Source: Candidatus Zambryskibacteria bacterium RIFCSPLOWO2_01_FULL_35_19
Lineage (GTDB): Bacteria > Patescibacteriota > Minisyncoccia > Phycocordibacterales > WO2-35-19
Reading direction: 5' to 3'
NCBI GenBank assembly: GCA_001825335.1
Contig: MHWA01000004.1
Span: 35,341-99,340 of the forward strand
Length of the DNA stretch: 64,000 bases
The notes beneath the pieces are model-generated. The model was not told where the DNA came from and did not search any database. It was given only the letters and a program-made list of their open reading frames with translations. Numbering within the stretch: position 1 is the stretch's first letter; every line of letters begins with the position of its first letter. The position numbers and the translations under genes were made by a program. Positions 55,493-64,000 of the stretch are shown here, one piece after another.

Positions 55493-56012
55493 ATGTTGTT
55501 ATTTCACGAGTAGTAGTGCCAGTATCTTTCCGCCACGACACTGTAATAGTAACTTTCTTGGTATTTAAATCAGGTGAACCAGATATTGCTATATCTCCAG
55601 CTCCGTCTCTATTTACATCCTCAAAAACGACACGTCTATCAAACTGATTATCTATAAGGGTTAAAGTGGTAGTCGCTTCCCAAGCCACATTATCAAAAGC
55701 CAATATATAAGAAGCACCAGAAGAAAGAGGGGCGATGTTGGAAGTCCAGCTATCATCTCTCATAAATTTAACCGCTTCAATACCTTCTTCGGCCAAAAAA
55801 GAGGCCTGAAAAAGTGAAGGATTTGATACAGAAACTTTGATAAAAGCAGTATAAATTTTCCATATAATCAATATAGAAAAAGTAGCGACAGAAATCATTA
55901 TCACCATTTCAACCAAACTAAACCCACATTTTGTATCTCGCTTTGCTCGAACTTCACAGGGCAAGCTTTTTTTATTGAGATATTTTTGGTAAAAATAAAA
56001 TGAACTTTCCAT
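55467..56012 (-). CDS. type IV pilin-like protein
   Basis: KCG|FSLVEMVIMISV. Confidence 0.55.
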   Translation of the reverse strand: MESSFYFYQKYLNKKSLPCEVRAKRDTKCGFSLVEMVIMISVATFSILIIWKIYTAFIKVSVSNPSLFQASFLAEEGIEAVKFMRDDSWTSNIAPLSSGASYILAFDNVAWEATTTLTLIDNQFDRRVVFEDVNRDGAGDIAISGSPDLNTKKVTITVSWRKDTGTTTREITTYVSNIFDN

Positions 56013-56017
56013 ATAAA

Positions 56018-56491
56018 TTATTGTATCACTCCAGTCCCCAATATAGTAATGGTAGTTGAAGCACTATCATCTTTTAAAGAAAAAGTGACAGTGCCATAAT
56101 TTGAAGTATGACCAATTAATCTAGAAAAAACAACATCTGGACTACCAAGATTTAATAAATAGTTAGACATATAAACATCTTTAGAAAGTGTAACGATTTT
56201 TTCATTATCATTTCCAGCTACGTAAGCGCTACCTTCAAACAAAACAACTTTATTATTTTCAAAATGAATTCCAAAAGGTGAAGTGTTTTTTGAAGCGACA
56301 GAAAGAACTCTGGCATTACGAATAAGAGCCACCACGGAAGAGACATCTTTTTCAAGAACTTCTTTTTTATTTAATTTTGGAAAAAAATAAAAAGTTATAG
56401 ACAAAACCACTACCAAAATACTTATAACCACCACCACTTCCATCAAAGAAAACCCTTTATTAATTTTCATATTATTCAAATTTTGAATCAA
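56018..56491 (-). CDS. type IV pilin-like protein
   Basis: MIQNLNNMKINKG|FSLMEVVVVISILVV. Confidence 0.55.
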   Translation of the reverse strand: MIQNLNNMKINKGFSLMEVVVVISILVVVLSITFYFFPKLNKKEVLEKDVSSVVALIRNARVLSVASKNTSPFGIHFENNKVVLFEGSAYVAGNDNEKIVTLSKDVYMSNYLLNLGSPDVVFSRLIGHTSNYGTVTFSLKDDSASTTITILGTGVIQ

Positions 56492-56494
56492 AAC

Positions 56495-57709
56495 TTATTG
56501 TATCGCATCAACCAAAGAGTAAGTTGGCAACATCATAGCGATAGCAAAGATACCAACAGCAATACCGATAAAGACCATAAGAACGGGTTCTATAATAGTA
56601 GATAAATCTTTTGTCTTTTGATCTACTTCATTTTCATAATAAGTAGCGACATTATCCATCATATCGGTCATCTTGCCAGTCTCTTCACCTACAGCAAGCA
56701 TTTCAGCCACAAAAATTGGAAAAAGATCCCCTTTTGAATTAGAAAGTGACGAGGATAAGAGCTCTCCTACTTCCACTTGTTTGGCGGCATCATCTAATAA
56801 ATTTTTAAAATAATGATTTTGAATAACAGTGCTAGTGATACCAATAGCGGCCACAATATCAACTCCAGAAGAAATAAGAGAAGAGAGAGTTCTCGTTGTT
56901 CTAGCGGCATTGACCTCTTTAACCATAGTTTTAATCATAGGAAAATGAAGAATAAAAAAATCTAACACATCTTTACCTTTCTTTGTTTTGAGTCCAGAAA
57001 GAAATCCAAAAATAGCCCCAGCTGTTATTATCATTACCAAAATAATATTAGCTCTCAAAAAATCACTGATAGCAATAATAATCCTAGTTGGCAAAGGAAG
57101 CTCTATCTCAAGACCTTTAAAGGTTTCTGTTAACGTCGGCACCATATAAACCATAAGGACTACTCCGATGACCGCCATCACCGATACAATCACAGCGGGA
57201 TAAATCATGGCTCCTTTTATTTTTTTTGAAAGATTGTAAGCTTTTTCAAGTTGATCAGCCACAATTTTTAAAGAATTTGATAACTTCCCCGATTCTTCAC
57301 CCGCTTTAACCATAGCTACAAACAAATCAGAAAAAGTCTTTGGATGCTTTGCTAAAGAATTTGACAAAGTTTCGCCTCCATTAACCGAAACACCAACACT
57401 TTTAAGAATCTCTATAAATTTTTTATTTTTTAATTGCTTTTCTAATATGTTTAAAGCTCTAGAAACAGAAAGCCCTGCATCCACCATAACCGAGAGATTT
57501 TTGGCAAACATTATAACTTCTTGAGTCTTTACTTTTTTTGTAAAGGAAAACAATTTAATGTTCACTTTTTTGCCCCCTATCTCTTCAACAGAAAGAATAG
57601 AGCCCTCATTTAATCGAACGGCACTATAAAGACTAGCTTTGTCAGCAAATTCTTTTGTCTCTTCTTTTTCTTCTCCCTCTTTTACGTATTTGTATTTATA
57701 AAATGGCAT
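56495..57709 (-). CDS. pilC: type IV pilus / T2SS platform protein PilC/GspF
   Basis: 404 aa; two GspF repeats and three TM helices. Confidence 0.8.
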   Translation of the reverse strand: MPFYKYKYVKEGEEKEETKEFADKASLYSAVRLNEGSILSVEEIGGKKVNIKLFSFTKKVKTQEVIMFAKNLSVMVDAGLSVSRALNILEKQLKNKKFIEILKSVGVSVNGGETLSNSLAKHPKTFSDLFVAMVKAGEESGKLSNSLKIVADQLEKAYNLSKKIKGAMIYPAVIVSVMAVIGVVLMVYMVPTLTETFKGLEIELPLPTRIIIAISDFLRANIILVMIITAGAIFGFLSGLKTKKGKDVLDFFILHFPMIKTMVKEVNAARTTRTLSSLISSGVDIVAAIGITSTVIQNHYFKNLLDDAAKQVEVGELLSSSLSNSKGDLFPIFVAEMLAVGEETGKMTDMMDNVATYYENEVDQKTKDLSTIIEPVLMVFIGIAVGIFAIAMMLPTYSLVDAIQ

Positions 57710-57727
57710 TATATTTAAATTTTATTT

Positions 57728-59557
57728 TTATTCCGACACTACCCGCAAAACTTCTTCAATAGTAGTCAAACCTTGAGCCGCTTTAAAGATACCGTCTTCA
57801 AGCATAGTGAGCATTCCCTCTTTTTTGGCCTGCAATTCAATATCTTCGGTAGTAGATCCTTTTATGATTAAGTCTTTAATGGCAGTAGAAACATTAAGCA
57901 CTTCATAAATACCAATACGACTTTTAAATCCTCCATCTTTTGCTCCTTTTTTAGGTTTGTAAAAATGTATTTTATCCCAATTATCTCCTTTGCCCACGAT
58001 CTTTTCTTCTCTTAAAGCCTTCAAAACAATATCTAGATTAACCACTTTAGAAATAGACTCAATCTCTAATTTAGAGAGAGTATATTTTTCTTTTTCATCA
58101 GAAAGTTTTCTGACCAATCTTTGAGCGATAATAGCGTCAATAGTAGAGATGATAAGAAAAGGTTCAACTTTCATATCAATCAATCTAGGAACTGACCCAG
58201 CAGCCGAGTTGGTGTGAAGAGTTGAAAGAACCAAATGTCCAGTAAGCGAAGCATTGATGGCTAAAGAAGCTGTTTCGTTATCGCGAATTTCTCCGACCAT
58301 TATAATATCTGGATCTTGACGCACCAAAGTCCTCAATCCAGAAGCAAAAGTAAGGCCTATTTCAGATTTTACTTGAGTTTGATTAATTCTTGGCATCTGA
58401 TATTCAACTGGATCTTCAATAGTAGAAATATTGACATTGGGAGTATTTAAAATATCTAACATAGTATAAAGAGTGGTTGATTTACCGCTTCCAGTCGGTC
58501 CGGTAGTCAAAATCATACCAGTTGTGTGTTGTAGAGATTTATGTAACAGCTCTAAAGCTTCTCCATGAAAACCTAAAGACTCCAAAGTAAAACCAGAGAC
58601 ATTTTCTCTCAAAAGACGCATCACTGTTTTTTCACCATAATAAACTGGCAAAGTGGAAACACGAAAAGAAACTTTTTCACCATTCATATCAATTTTAAAT
58701 CTACCATCTTGAGGCAATCTTTTTTCGTCAAGTTTCAAACTAGAAAGCACTTTTATACGAGCCACCAAAGAGTTTCCTATATGTTTTGGTAAAATCATCG
58801 CGTCATGCAAGATACCATCAATACGATATCTGACTAAAACCTGATCCTCCAAAGGTTCTATATGAATATCAGAAGCGTTTTGGATGATGGCATGTTTGAG
58901 CAAAGTATCAACAATCCGCACTACTGGCAATTCTTCAGCTAATTTTTTTAAATCCCCTTCTGAAGCATCATCTACTGGTAATTTTTCAGAGATAGTTTTT
59001 ATCTCATCTGCATCAGCTTTTATAATATCTCCAAATTCATCTTTAAGATTTTTTTGATATTGAACCAAAGCACTACGCATAGATTCAGAATCAGTCAGAC
59101 GAGACAATATCTTCAAGCCCACTTTTTTCTTAATTGAATTTAAGGCCTGCAGATCGTCAGTATCAAGCATAGCCACTTCAAGAGCGTCTTCTTTTTTTTC
59201 AAAAGCTACTATATTGTGCTTTCTGGCAATAGGTTCAGGAATAAGATTTAAAATATCCCTATTTAAAACTTGACCTTTTAAATTTATAAAAGGGATACCT
59301 AAAATATAGGCCTGTATTCGTCTTAAATCATCATCAGAAAACTTACCTCTAGATATTAAGACATCATTTAAAGGTTTTTTCTTGGACTTGACTTCTTTTT
59401 CAATTTCTTCAATTTCAGATTTAGAAACAAGTCCAGCATCAATAATAAAATCTTTTATTTGTGAATCTTTTACATGCATACGATTTAGCGAAATCGTGTC
59501 GTGCGATACGTCCTTTGGAGCACGACCCTTTTCTATTAAGGGCTGACTAGAGCACAA
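57728..59557 (-). CDS. pilB: type IV pilus assembly ATPase PilB/GspE
   Basis: 609 aa; Walker A GPTGSGKSTT, the Asp box, and the His box. Confidence 0.85.
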   Translation of the reverse strand: MCSSQPLIEKGRAPKDVSHDTISLNRMHVKDSQIKDFIIDAGLVSKSEIEEIEKEVKSKKKPLNDVLISRGKFSDDDLRRIQAYILGIPFINLKGQVLNRDILNLIPEPIARKHNIVAFEKKEDALEVAMLDTDDLQALNSIKKKVGLKILSRLTDSESMRSALVQYQKNLKDEFGDIIKADADEIKTISEKLPVDDASEGDLKKLAEELPVVRIVDTLLKHAIIQNASDIHIEPLEDQVLVRYRIDGILHDAMILPKHIGNSLVARIKVLSSLKLDEKRLPQDGRFKIDMNGEKVSFRVSTLPVYYGEKTVMRLLRENVSGFTLESLGFHGEALELLHKSLQHTTGMILTTGPTGSGKSTTLYTMLDILNTPNVNISTIEDPVEYQMPRINQTQVKSEIGLTFASGLRTLVRQDPDIIMVGEIRDNETASLAINASLTGHLVLSTLHTNSAAGSVPRLIDMKVEPFLIISTIDAIIAQRLVRKLSDEKEKYTLSKLEIESISKVVNLDIVLKALREEKIVGKGDNWDKIHFYKPKKGAKDGGFKSRIGIYEVLNVSTAIKDLIIKGSTTEDIELQAKKEGMLTMLEDGIFKAAQGLTTIEEVLRVVSE

Positions 59558-59617
59558 CTTTATTTCTTTTTTATTATATCAGAAATAATTATATTTTAGA
59601 AAAGAAATATGTATATA

Positions 59618-60145
59618 TTAACTTCTAACTTTGTTTCTCATTTTAGAAATCAAATATTTTCTTGGATTTTTATCTAAGTCAATAAAATCATCAGCCACTT
59701 CTATGAGCCGAGCCGAACTAGATTTTCCAAAAGAAGCCACTTCAACCTGACAACCAACATTTTTTAGAAATTCTACTAGTGGAACAAAATCGCCATCACC
59801 AGTTATTAAGACAACGGCGTCTAATTTAGGAGCCAACTTAATAGCATCTACTGCCAAACCAACATCCCAATCCCCTTTTTTAGCGCCACCAGCAAAGACT
59901 TGCAAGTTTTTTGTTTTAGTTTCAATACCCATCTTTTCCAATGCCTCAAAAAAGTTTTTCTCTTCACCTGACTCGGTAGTAATAACATAAGCCACAGCTC
60001 TAGTAAGAAATCTGCCAGCCAAACTTTCTTTGACCACTTGGTCAAAGTTTACTTTTGCTCCATAAATGTTTTTGGCGCTATGATATAAATTTTGAGTATC
60101 TATAAAAATTCCCACCCGCTGATTTTTGTGTTTTATAACAGACAT
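59618..60145 (-). CDS. NYN-domain (LabA-like) protein
   Basis: 175 aa; VGIFIDTQNL...VLITGDGDFVPLV. Confidence 0.7.
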   Translation of the reverse strand: MSVIKHKNQRVGIFIDTQNLYHSAKNIYGAKVNFDQVVKESLAGRFLTRAVAYVITTESGEEKNFFEALEKMGIETKTKNLQVFAGGAKKGDWDVGLAVDAIKLAPKLDAVVLITGDGDFVPLVEFLKNVGCQVEVASFGKSSSARLIEVADDFIDLDKNPRKYLISKMRNKVRS

Positions 60146-60275
60146 ATTATTAAAATTAATCTAATTAGTAATTAACCTAATTATCCTAAACAATGACTAA
60201 TATTACAAACCCCAATTGGTTATTAGATAATTGGGATTTATTTAGAAAATTAGAATAATTAGGGCAATTAGAAAT

Positions 60276-60548
60276 TTATGCAGATTTTTTCAAACCAAGT
60301 TTTTTAACTAAAGAATTGTATCTTTTTGTATCTTTTTTCTCCAAATATTTCATATGAGATTTGCGATCTGCTACCAGACCCAAAAGACCTCTACGAGAAT
60401 GTTTATCTTTTTTGTTCTTTTTGAGATGTGTTGCCAAGTCATCTATCCTACGTGAAAGAATGGCGATCTGTGCTTCCGGACTACCGGTGTCAGTTTCGTG
60501 CATTTTTACCTCCTTTATAACTCGTTGTTTTTTATTTTTTGTTAACAT
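60276..60548 (-). CDS. rpsO: 30S ribosomal protein S15
   Basis: 90 aa; TGSPEAQIAILSRRI...LATHLK..KKD.HSRRGL; its terminator is CCCAATT...AATTGGG at about 60210-60240. Confidence 0.85.
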   Translation of the reverse strand: MLTKNKKQRVIKEVKMHETDTGSPEAQIAILSRRIDDLATHLKKNKKDKHSRRGLLGLVADRKSHMKYLEKKDTKRYNSLVKKLGLKKSA

Positions 60549-60661
60549 ATATATGAAAATTGTCTAAAAACGACCTTTTAAGAGTAGCATAAAACCAATT
60601 TTTATGCAACTTTTTAGTTTTTAAATATTGTGCGACGTTAAAAGGTGATAGAATAATATAT

Positions 60662-61615
60662 ATGGCACAAGACTTAGAACAATTAAAAAGGCAATTTTTA
60701 GAATACGTTGAAATAGAAAAGGGGCGGGCTTTAAATACGGTTGAAAATTACAACCATTACCTTTCAGTTTTTCTGAAACAAACCAAAGCTCAAAAACCAT
60801 CTGATATAAACGACACTATGATGCGGGAATTTAGATTGTGGCTCAACAGACAAGTTACCGGAAAAAATGTAAAAACCGGAGACACTATGTCAAAAAAGAC
60901 CCAAAATTATTACTTGATTGCCATAAGAGCTTTTTTAAAATATCTAGCAAGACAAGAAATCAAATCTATGCCATCTGAAAGAATAGAACTGGCCAAAACT
61001 TCAGAACGCTCTCTTGATTTAATTACAAACGCTGAATTACACAGATTACTTGAAGCTCCAAAATCTTTCGACTCTACTCAAGATAAAGATAATCATCTTA
61101 AGTATTTACGCGATAAAGCCATTTTAGAGCTCCTTTTTTCAACAGGACTTCGTGTATCCGAGCTCTGTTCCCTTACTCGTGATATTGACCTTACCACCGA
61201 CGAACTTTCAATAAGAGGAAAAGGAAGCAAGGTGAGAGTAGTCTTTATATCTGATTATGCCAAAAAGATTTTAAAAGAATATTTATCAAAAAGAAAAGAT
61301 ATGGATGATGCCCTTTTTGTTCAACTTTCACAAAACGGCAAAGTAACTAAAGAGAGGAAAGGAAGTCTGGCACTGACAAAAAGATCAGTAGAGAGGATAG
61401 TAAAACAGTGCGCAGTCAAAGCTGGTATTTCCAAAAAAGTCACTCCTCACACTATGCGTCACCTTTTTGCCACCGACCTACTTTCAAATGGCGCTGACTT
61501 GCGCTCTGTCCAAGCCCTCTTGGGCCACGCCAACATCGGCACTACCCAAATCTACACCCATGTCACCGACCGCCACCTCCGCGACATCCATAAAAAATTT
61601 CATAACAGAAAATAA
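60662..61615 (+). CDS. tyrosine recombinase, XerC/XerD family
   Basis: 317 aa; R...HTMRHLFATDLLSNGADLRSVQALLGHANIGTTQIYTHV (the catalytic Y). Confidence 0.8.
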   Translation: MAQDLEQLKRQFLEYVEIEKGRALNTVENYNHYLSVFLKQTKAQKPSDINDTMMREFRLWLNRQVTGKNVKTGDTMSKKTQNYYLIAIRAFLKYLARQEIKSMPSERIELAKTSERSLDLITNAELHRLLEAPKSFDSTQDKDNHLKYLRDKAILELLFSTGLRVSELCSLTRDIDLTTDELSIRGKGSKVRVVFISDYAKKILKEYLSKRKDMDDALFVQLSQNGKVTKERKGSLALTKRSVERIVKQCAVKAGISKKVTPHTMRHLFATDLLSNGADLRSVQALLGHANIGTTQIYTHVTDRHLRDIHKKFHNRK

Positions 61616-61686
61616 CAAAACTACTTTTCCAAGAGCCTTATCCTATTGACCTAACGCAGGAAAAGTATGTTTTGTTATTTTCTGTT
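61604..61686 (+). repeat. hairpin element with conserved loop (family copy 5)
   Basis: 27-bp stem AACAGAAAATAACAAAACTACTTTTCC/GGAAAAGTATGTTTTGTTATTTTCTGTT; loop AAGAGCCTTATCCTATTGACCTAACGCA. It spans the Xer stop and the xth start region. Confidence 0.6.
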
Positions 61687-62526
61687 AAAATGAAATTTAT
61701 GAAAATCACATCTTGGAACATAAATGGCATACGGGCGGTGCATAAAAAAGGACTGTTTTTACCTTTTGTAGATAAATACAAGCCGGATATTATTTGTTTG
61801 CAAGAAACTAAAGCCAAGCAGGATCAAAGTGAGATAGACTTGCCAGAATATGAGGAGTATTGGAACAGTGCAGAAAAAGCTGGTTATAGCGGAGTGACTA
61901 TTTTTTCTAAAATAAAACCACTTAGTGTGCAGACTGGCTTTCCGAAAGAGATAGTTAAAAAATATAAATTAGAACAAGACAGCTATGGCGACCCAAACAA
62001 AGAAGGGAGAGTTTTAACGGCCGAATTTAAAGATTTTTTTGTGGTTAATGTCTATACTCCCAATTCTAAAGGTGATTTAAGTAGGCTGGATTTAAGATTT
62101 AAGAGTTGGGACCCAGCGTTTTTAGAGTATGTTACAGAATTAAGGAGAAAGCCCGCCCAAGGCGGGTCCGCCTTGGGCGGAAAAAATGTAATATTCTGCG
62201 GTGATTTGAATGTGGCCCACACAGAAAATGACTTGGCTAATCCCAAACAAAATGAAGGCGAGCATGGTTTTACAAAAGAAGAACGCAAAGGAATTAACAA
62301 CATTATTGCCGCCGGATTTGTAGATACCTTTCGCCATTTTACTCCAGAAGGAAAAGGTTACTACACTTGGTGGAGTCATTTCGCTAATGCTAGAACCAGA
62401 AATGTTGGCTGGCGCATAGACTATTTTTTTGCCAACAAAGAATTAATATCAAATATAAAAAGTTCAAAAATCATTCCAGATGTATTTGGTTCTGACCACT
62501 GCCCTATTATGTTAGAAACAAAATAA
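61672..62526 (+). CDS. xth: exodeoxyribonuclease III (AP endonuclease)
   Basis: ITSWNINGIRA, LQETK, CGDLNVAH, SDHCP; the start is more likely the ATG at 61690 (MKFMKITSW). It contains an in-frame GC-rich palindrome. Confidence 0.8.
   Translation: MLFSVKMKFMKITSWNINGIRAVHKKGLFLPFVDKYKPDIICLQETKAKQDQSEIDLPEYEEYWNSAEKAGYSGVTIFSKIKPLSVQTGFPKEIVKKYKLEQDSYGDPNKEGRVLTAEFKDFFVVNVYTPNSKGDLSRLDLRFKSWDPAFLEYVTELRRKPAQGGSALGGKNVIFCGDLNVAHTENDLANPKQNEGEHGFTKEERKGINNIIAAGFVDTFRHFTPEGKGYYTWWSHFANARTRNVGWRIDYFFANKELISNIKSSKIIPDVFGSDHCPIMLETK
62151..62180. repeat. GC-rich nested palindrome inserted in frame inside xth
   Basis: GCCCGCCCAAGGCGGGTCCGCCTTGGGCGG encodes KPAQGGSALGG between ELRRK and NVIFCGDLNVAH. 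It shares the CCAAGG/CCTTGG core with the recG element. Confidence 0.5.
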
Positions 62527-62951
62527 ATATTTTTTATATACAACAAAACGCCTAGATGCGGTGGAGGATTTTCGCACGACAAGGCGTTTTTGATTAACCT
62601 TTCATAAATGAAAGTATAAAGAACATTTACTCAGCCCTGATTTTGTTTCTGATTTCTTTAGATATATTAATATCAGACTCAAAATCAGAGCTGAGGCAAA
62701 AGATAAATTTCGTCAAGAAGCGCATTCACAAAAAACCTTATGATATCTCATTTTAAAAATTATATGAGTGAAGATATATATAAATTGTTTTTTGAGCTTA
62801 ACCAAACTTTCTTTCAACTTCATGGCCATGAAGTTATAAAGAACTAATGCTGACTACTATAGATATACTCGTCTTTTAAAAAATGTCAGTTATGTCTGAT
62901 ATAAAGTTTATGTCTTTTATAAATAATGTAAAGGACATTATGTGGATAACT

Positions 62952-64000
62952 TTACTCTACATAATGTTTGCCTCTTATTTTTTTTATTTCCATTTGGTCA
63001 TCTTCTTCTTTTTTTACCTTACCTTTATCCCCCATCATTCTCAATTCTTTATCGGACATTTTTGACAACTCTAATATCTTTTTATTTAAATATTCTTCAG
63101 TATTCAAAGTTGGATCCTCCAATACTTCTTCTAGTAAAGCGTTTAGCATTTGACCTATTTTTGGTCCGGGAGGAATTTTTAGAATTTCCATAATCTTCTG
63201 ACCATCAATTTTAAGCATTTTCACTGATATAGGGTCTCTCATCACCTCTTCTATCATTGATTTATATTTTCTTAATCTATAAGGATTTTCTTTAGGTCTG
63301 CCAGTGCCAATCCTATCACAACCTCTCATATTGATAAGATCCCATATATTTTCCTTACCAACATTAGCTACCAATCTTCTGACAGCTGAATGAGTTATTT
63401 TTTCAGTATCAGAGAAAAACATATGCCAACGAACCAAATTAACAACCTTATCTATTGTTTCACGTGAAAATCTTAAATCCTCCATTATTTTCTTAGTTAC
63501 ACGTGAACCCACTACTTCGTGACCATAAAAAGTCCATATTTTAGATTTATTGTCCCACCTTCTAGCTCTAGGTTTAGCCACATCATGCAAAAGAGCCGAA
63601 AGTCTCACATGTAACGGATATTGTTTATCAGCTGAATGTTGAGCTGTTTTTAATAGATGAGTCCAAACATCATAAGAGTGCGCCTTATTTTGCTCTACAC
63701 CAATACTTTCTTCCAATTCTGGTATTATATAAGTCAATAAACCAAGTTTCTTAAGTAACAAAAGTCCATCCATAGGAGAAGGGGACATTATTATCTTAAC
63801 AAATTCATCTCTAATTCTTTCTTTAGAAACCTCTTTTAAAATATGATTATTTTCAAATATTGATTTTTCAGTTTCTTGGTCTAGAGGAAAACCTAGTTCC
63901 ACGTGGAACCTGACCGCCCTTAAGATTCTCAAACCATCTTCAAAAAATCTCTCTTTAGCTTCACCGACTGTTTTTATGATTCCTTTAGATAAATCAGCCA
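62952..64000 (-). CDS. cca: CCA-adding tRNA nucleotidyltransferase (partial; N-terminus beyond window end)
   Basis: HD domain LLHDVAKP, HEVVGS; the upstream in-frame sequence to 64000 reads ...GEAKERFFEDGLRILRAVRF (the head-domain signature). The listed ORF start is internal. Confidence 0.7.
   Translation of the reverse strand, partial: ADLSKGIIKTVGEAKERFFEDGLRILRAVRFHVELGFPLDQETEKSIFENNHILKEVSKERIRDEFVKIIMSPSPMDGLLLLKKLGLLTYIIPELEESIGVEQNKAHSYDVWTHLLKTAQHSADKQYPLHVRLSALLHDVAKPRARRWDNKSKIWTFYGHEVVGSRVTKKIMEDLRFSRETIDKVVNLVRWHMFFSDTEKITHSAVRRLVANVGKENIWDLINMRGCDRIGTGRPKENPYRLRKYKSMIEEVMRDPISVKMLKIDGQKIMEILKIPPGPKIGQMLNALLEEVLEDPTLNTEEYLNKKILELSKMSDKELRMMGDKGKVKKEEDDQMEIKKIRGKHYVE

Noticed and set aside
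62631-62700. Long inverted repeat downstream of xth (CTCAGCCCTGATTTTG...CAAAATCAGAGCTGAGG)
   Set aside because: It is probably just a large terminator or intergenic hairpin; I found no second copy or associated gene, so it is not reported as a finding.

Overview
This 64-kb window is AT-rich (about one-third GC by eye) and looks like a small-genome bacterium of Patescibacteria/CPR type; that placement is an inference from gene content, not a database hit.

Most of it is housekeeping, almost all on the minus strand:
- Ribosomal proteins: S5 (partial), L18, L6, S8 and S14; S12 and S7 with fusA; S15; L28.
- DNA repair and recombination: recG, recJ, rnhA, xth, and a Xer-family tyrosine recombinase.
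- Trans-translation and protein quality control: smpB with an adjacent tmRNA candidate, and ftsH.
- Other core genes: pnp, pgk, tpiA, sodA, a HIT-family gene, and a partial cca.
- A competence and pilus set: comM, a split comEC, and pilB, pilC and pilin genes.

Five features stand out:

1. An ~18-kb integrative element at about 15122..33128 is inserted inside a comM-family gene. The host gene is split into a 3' fragment (14502..15121) and a decayed 5' fragment (33128..34037). The junctions share an AG/CT dinucleotide and the element-side arms form an imperfect inverted repeat. The element carries a large serine recombinase, a Schlafen/COG2865-like regulator, a winged-helix replication-like protein, and its own intact comM.

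2. Inside that element is a diversity-generating retroelement (DGR). It has a reverse transcriptase, a divergently oriented Avd-like gene, and a template repeat (24411..24528). Two variable repeats sit at the 3' ends of paralogous target genes. Every template/variable mismatch falls at a template-repeat adenine. The larger target (25906..28290) fuses a MoxR/AAA_5 ATPase to the diversified C-terminal module. It lies beside a DUF2201-like protein with an HExxH N-terminus and a VWA/MIDAS C-terminus. I could not place this DGR-diversified MoxR-VWA pair in any family I know.

3. A ~2.3-kb GC-rich locus (10640..12975) holds three ~200-nt paralogous structured repeats with compensatory stem changes. 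They are interleaved with small ORFs on the opposite strand. Two of those ORFs share a conserved GC-rich 5' leader.

4. A family of five long hairpins between 48.7 and 61.7 kb has a conserved 28-nt loop and co-varying stems.

5. recG and xth each carry a short GC-rich palindromic insertion that stays in frame.

I see no CRISPR array, no rRNA genes and no obvious antibiotic-resistance genes. All calls rest on reading translations and nucleotide patterns by eye; I could not run any search.
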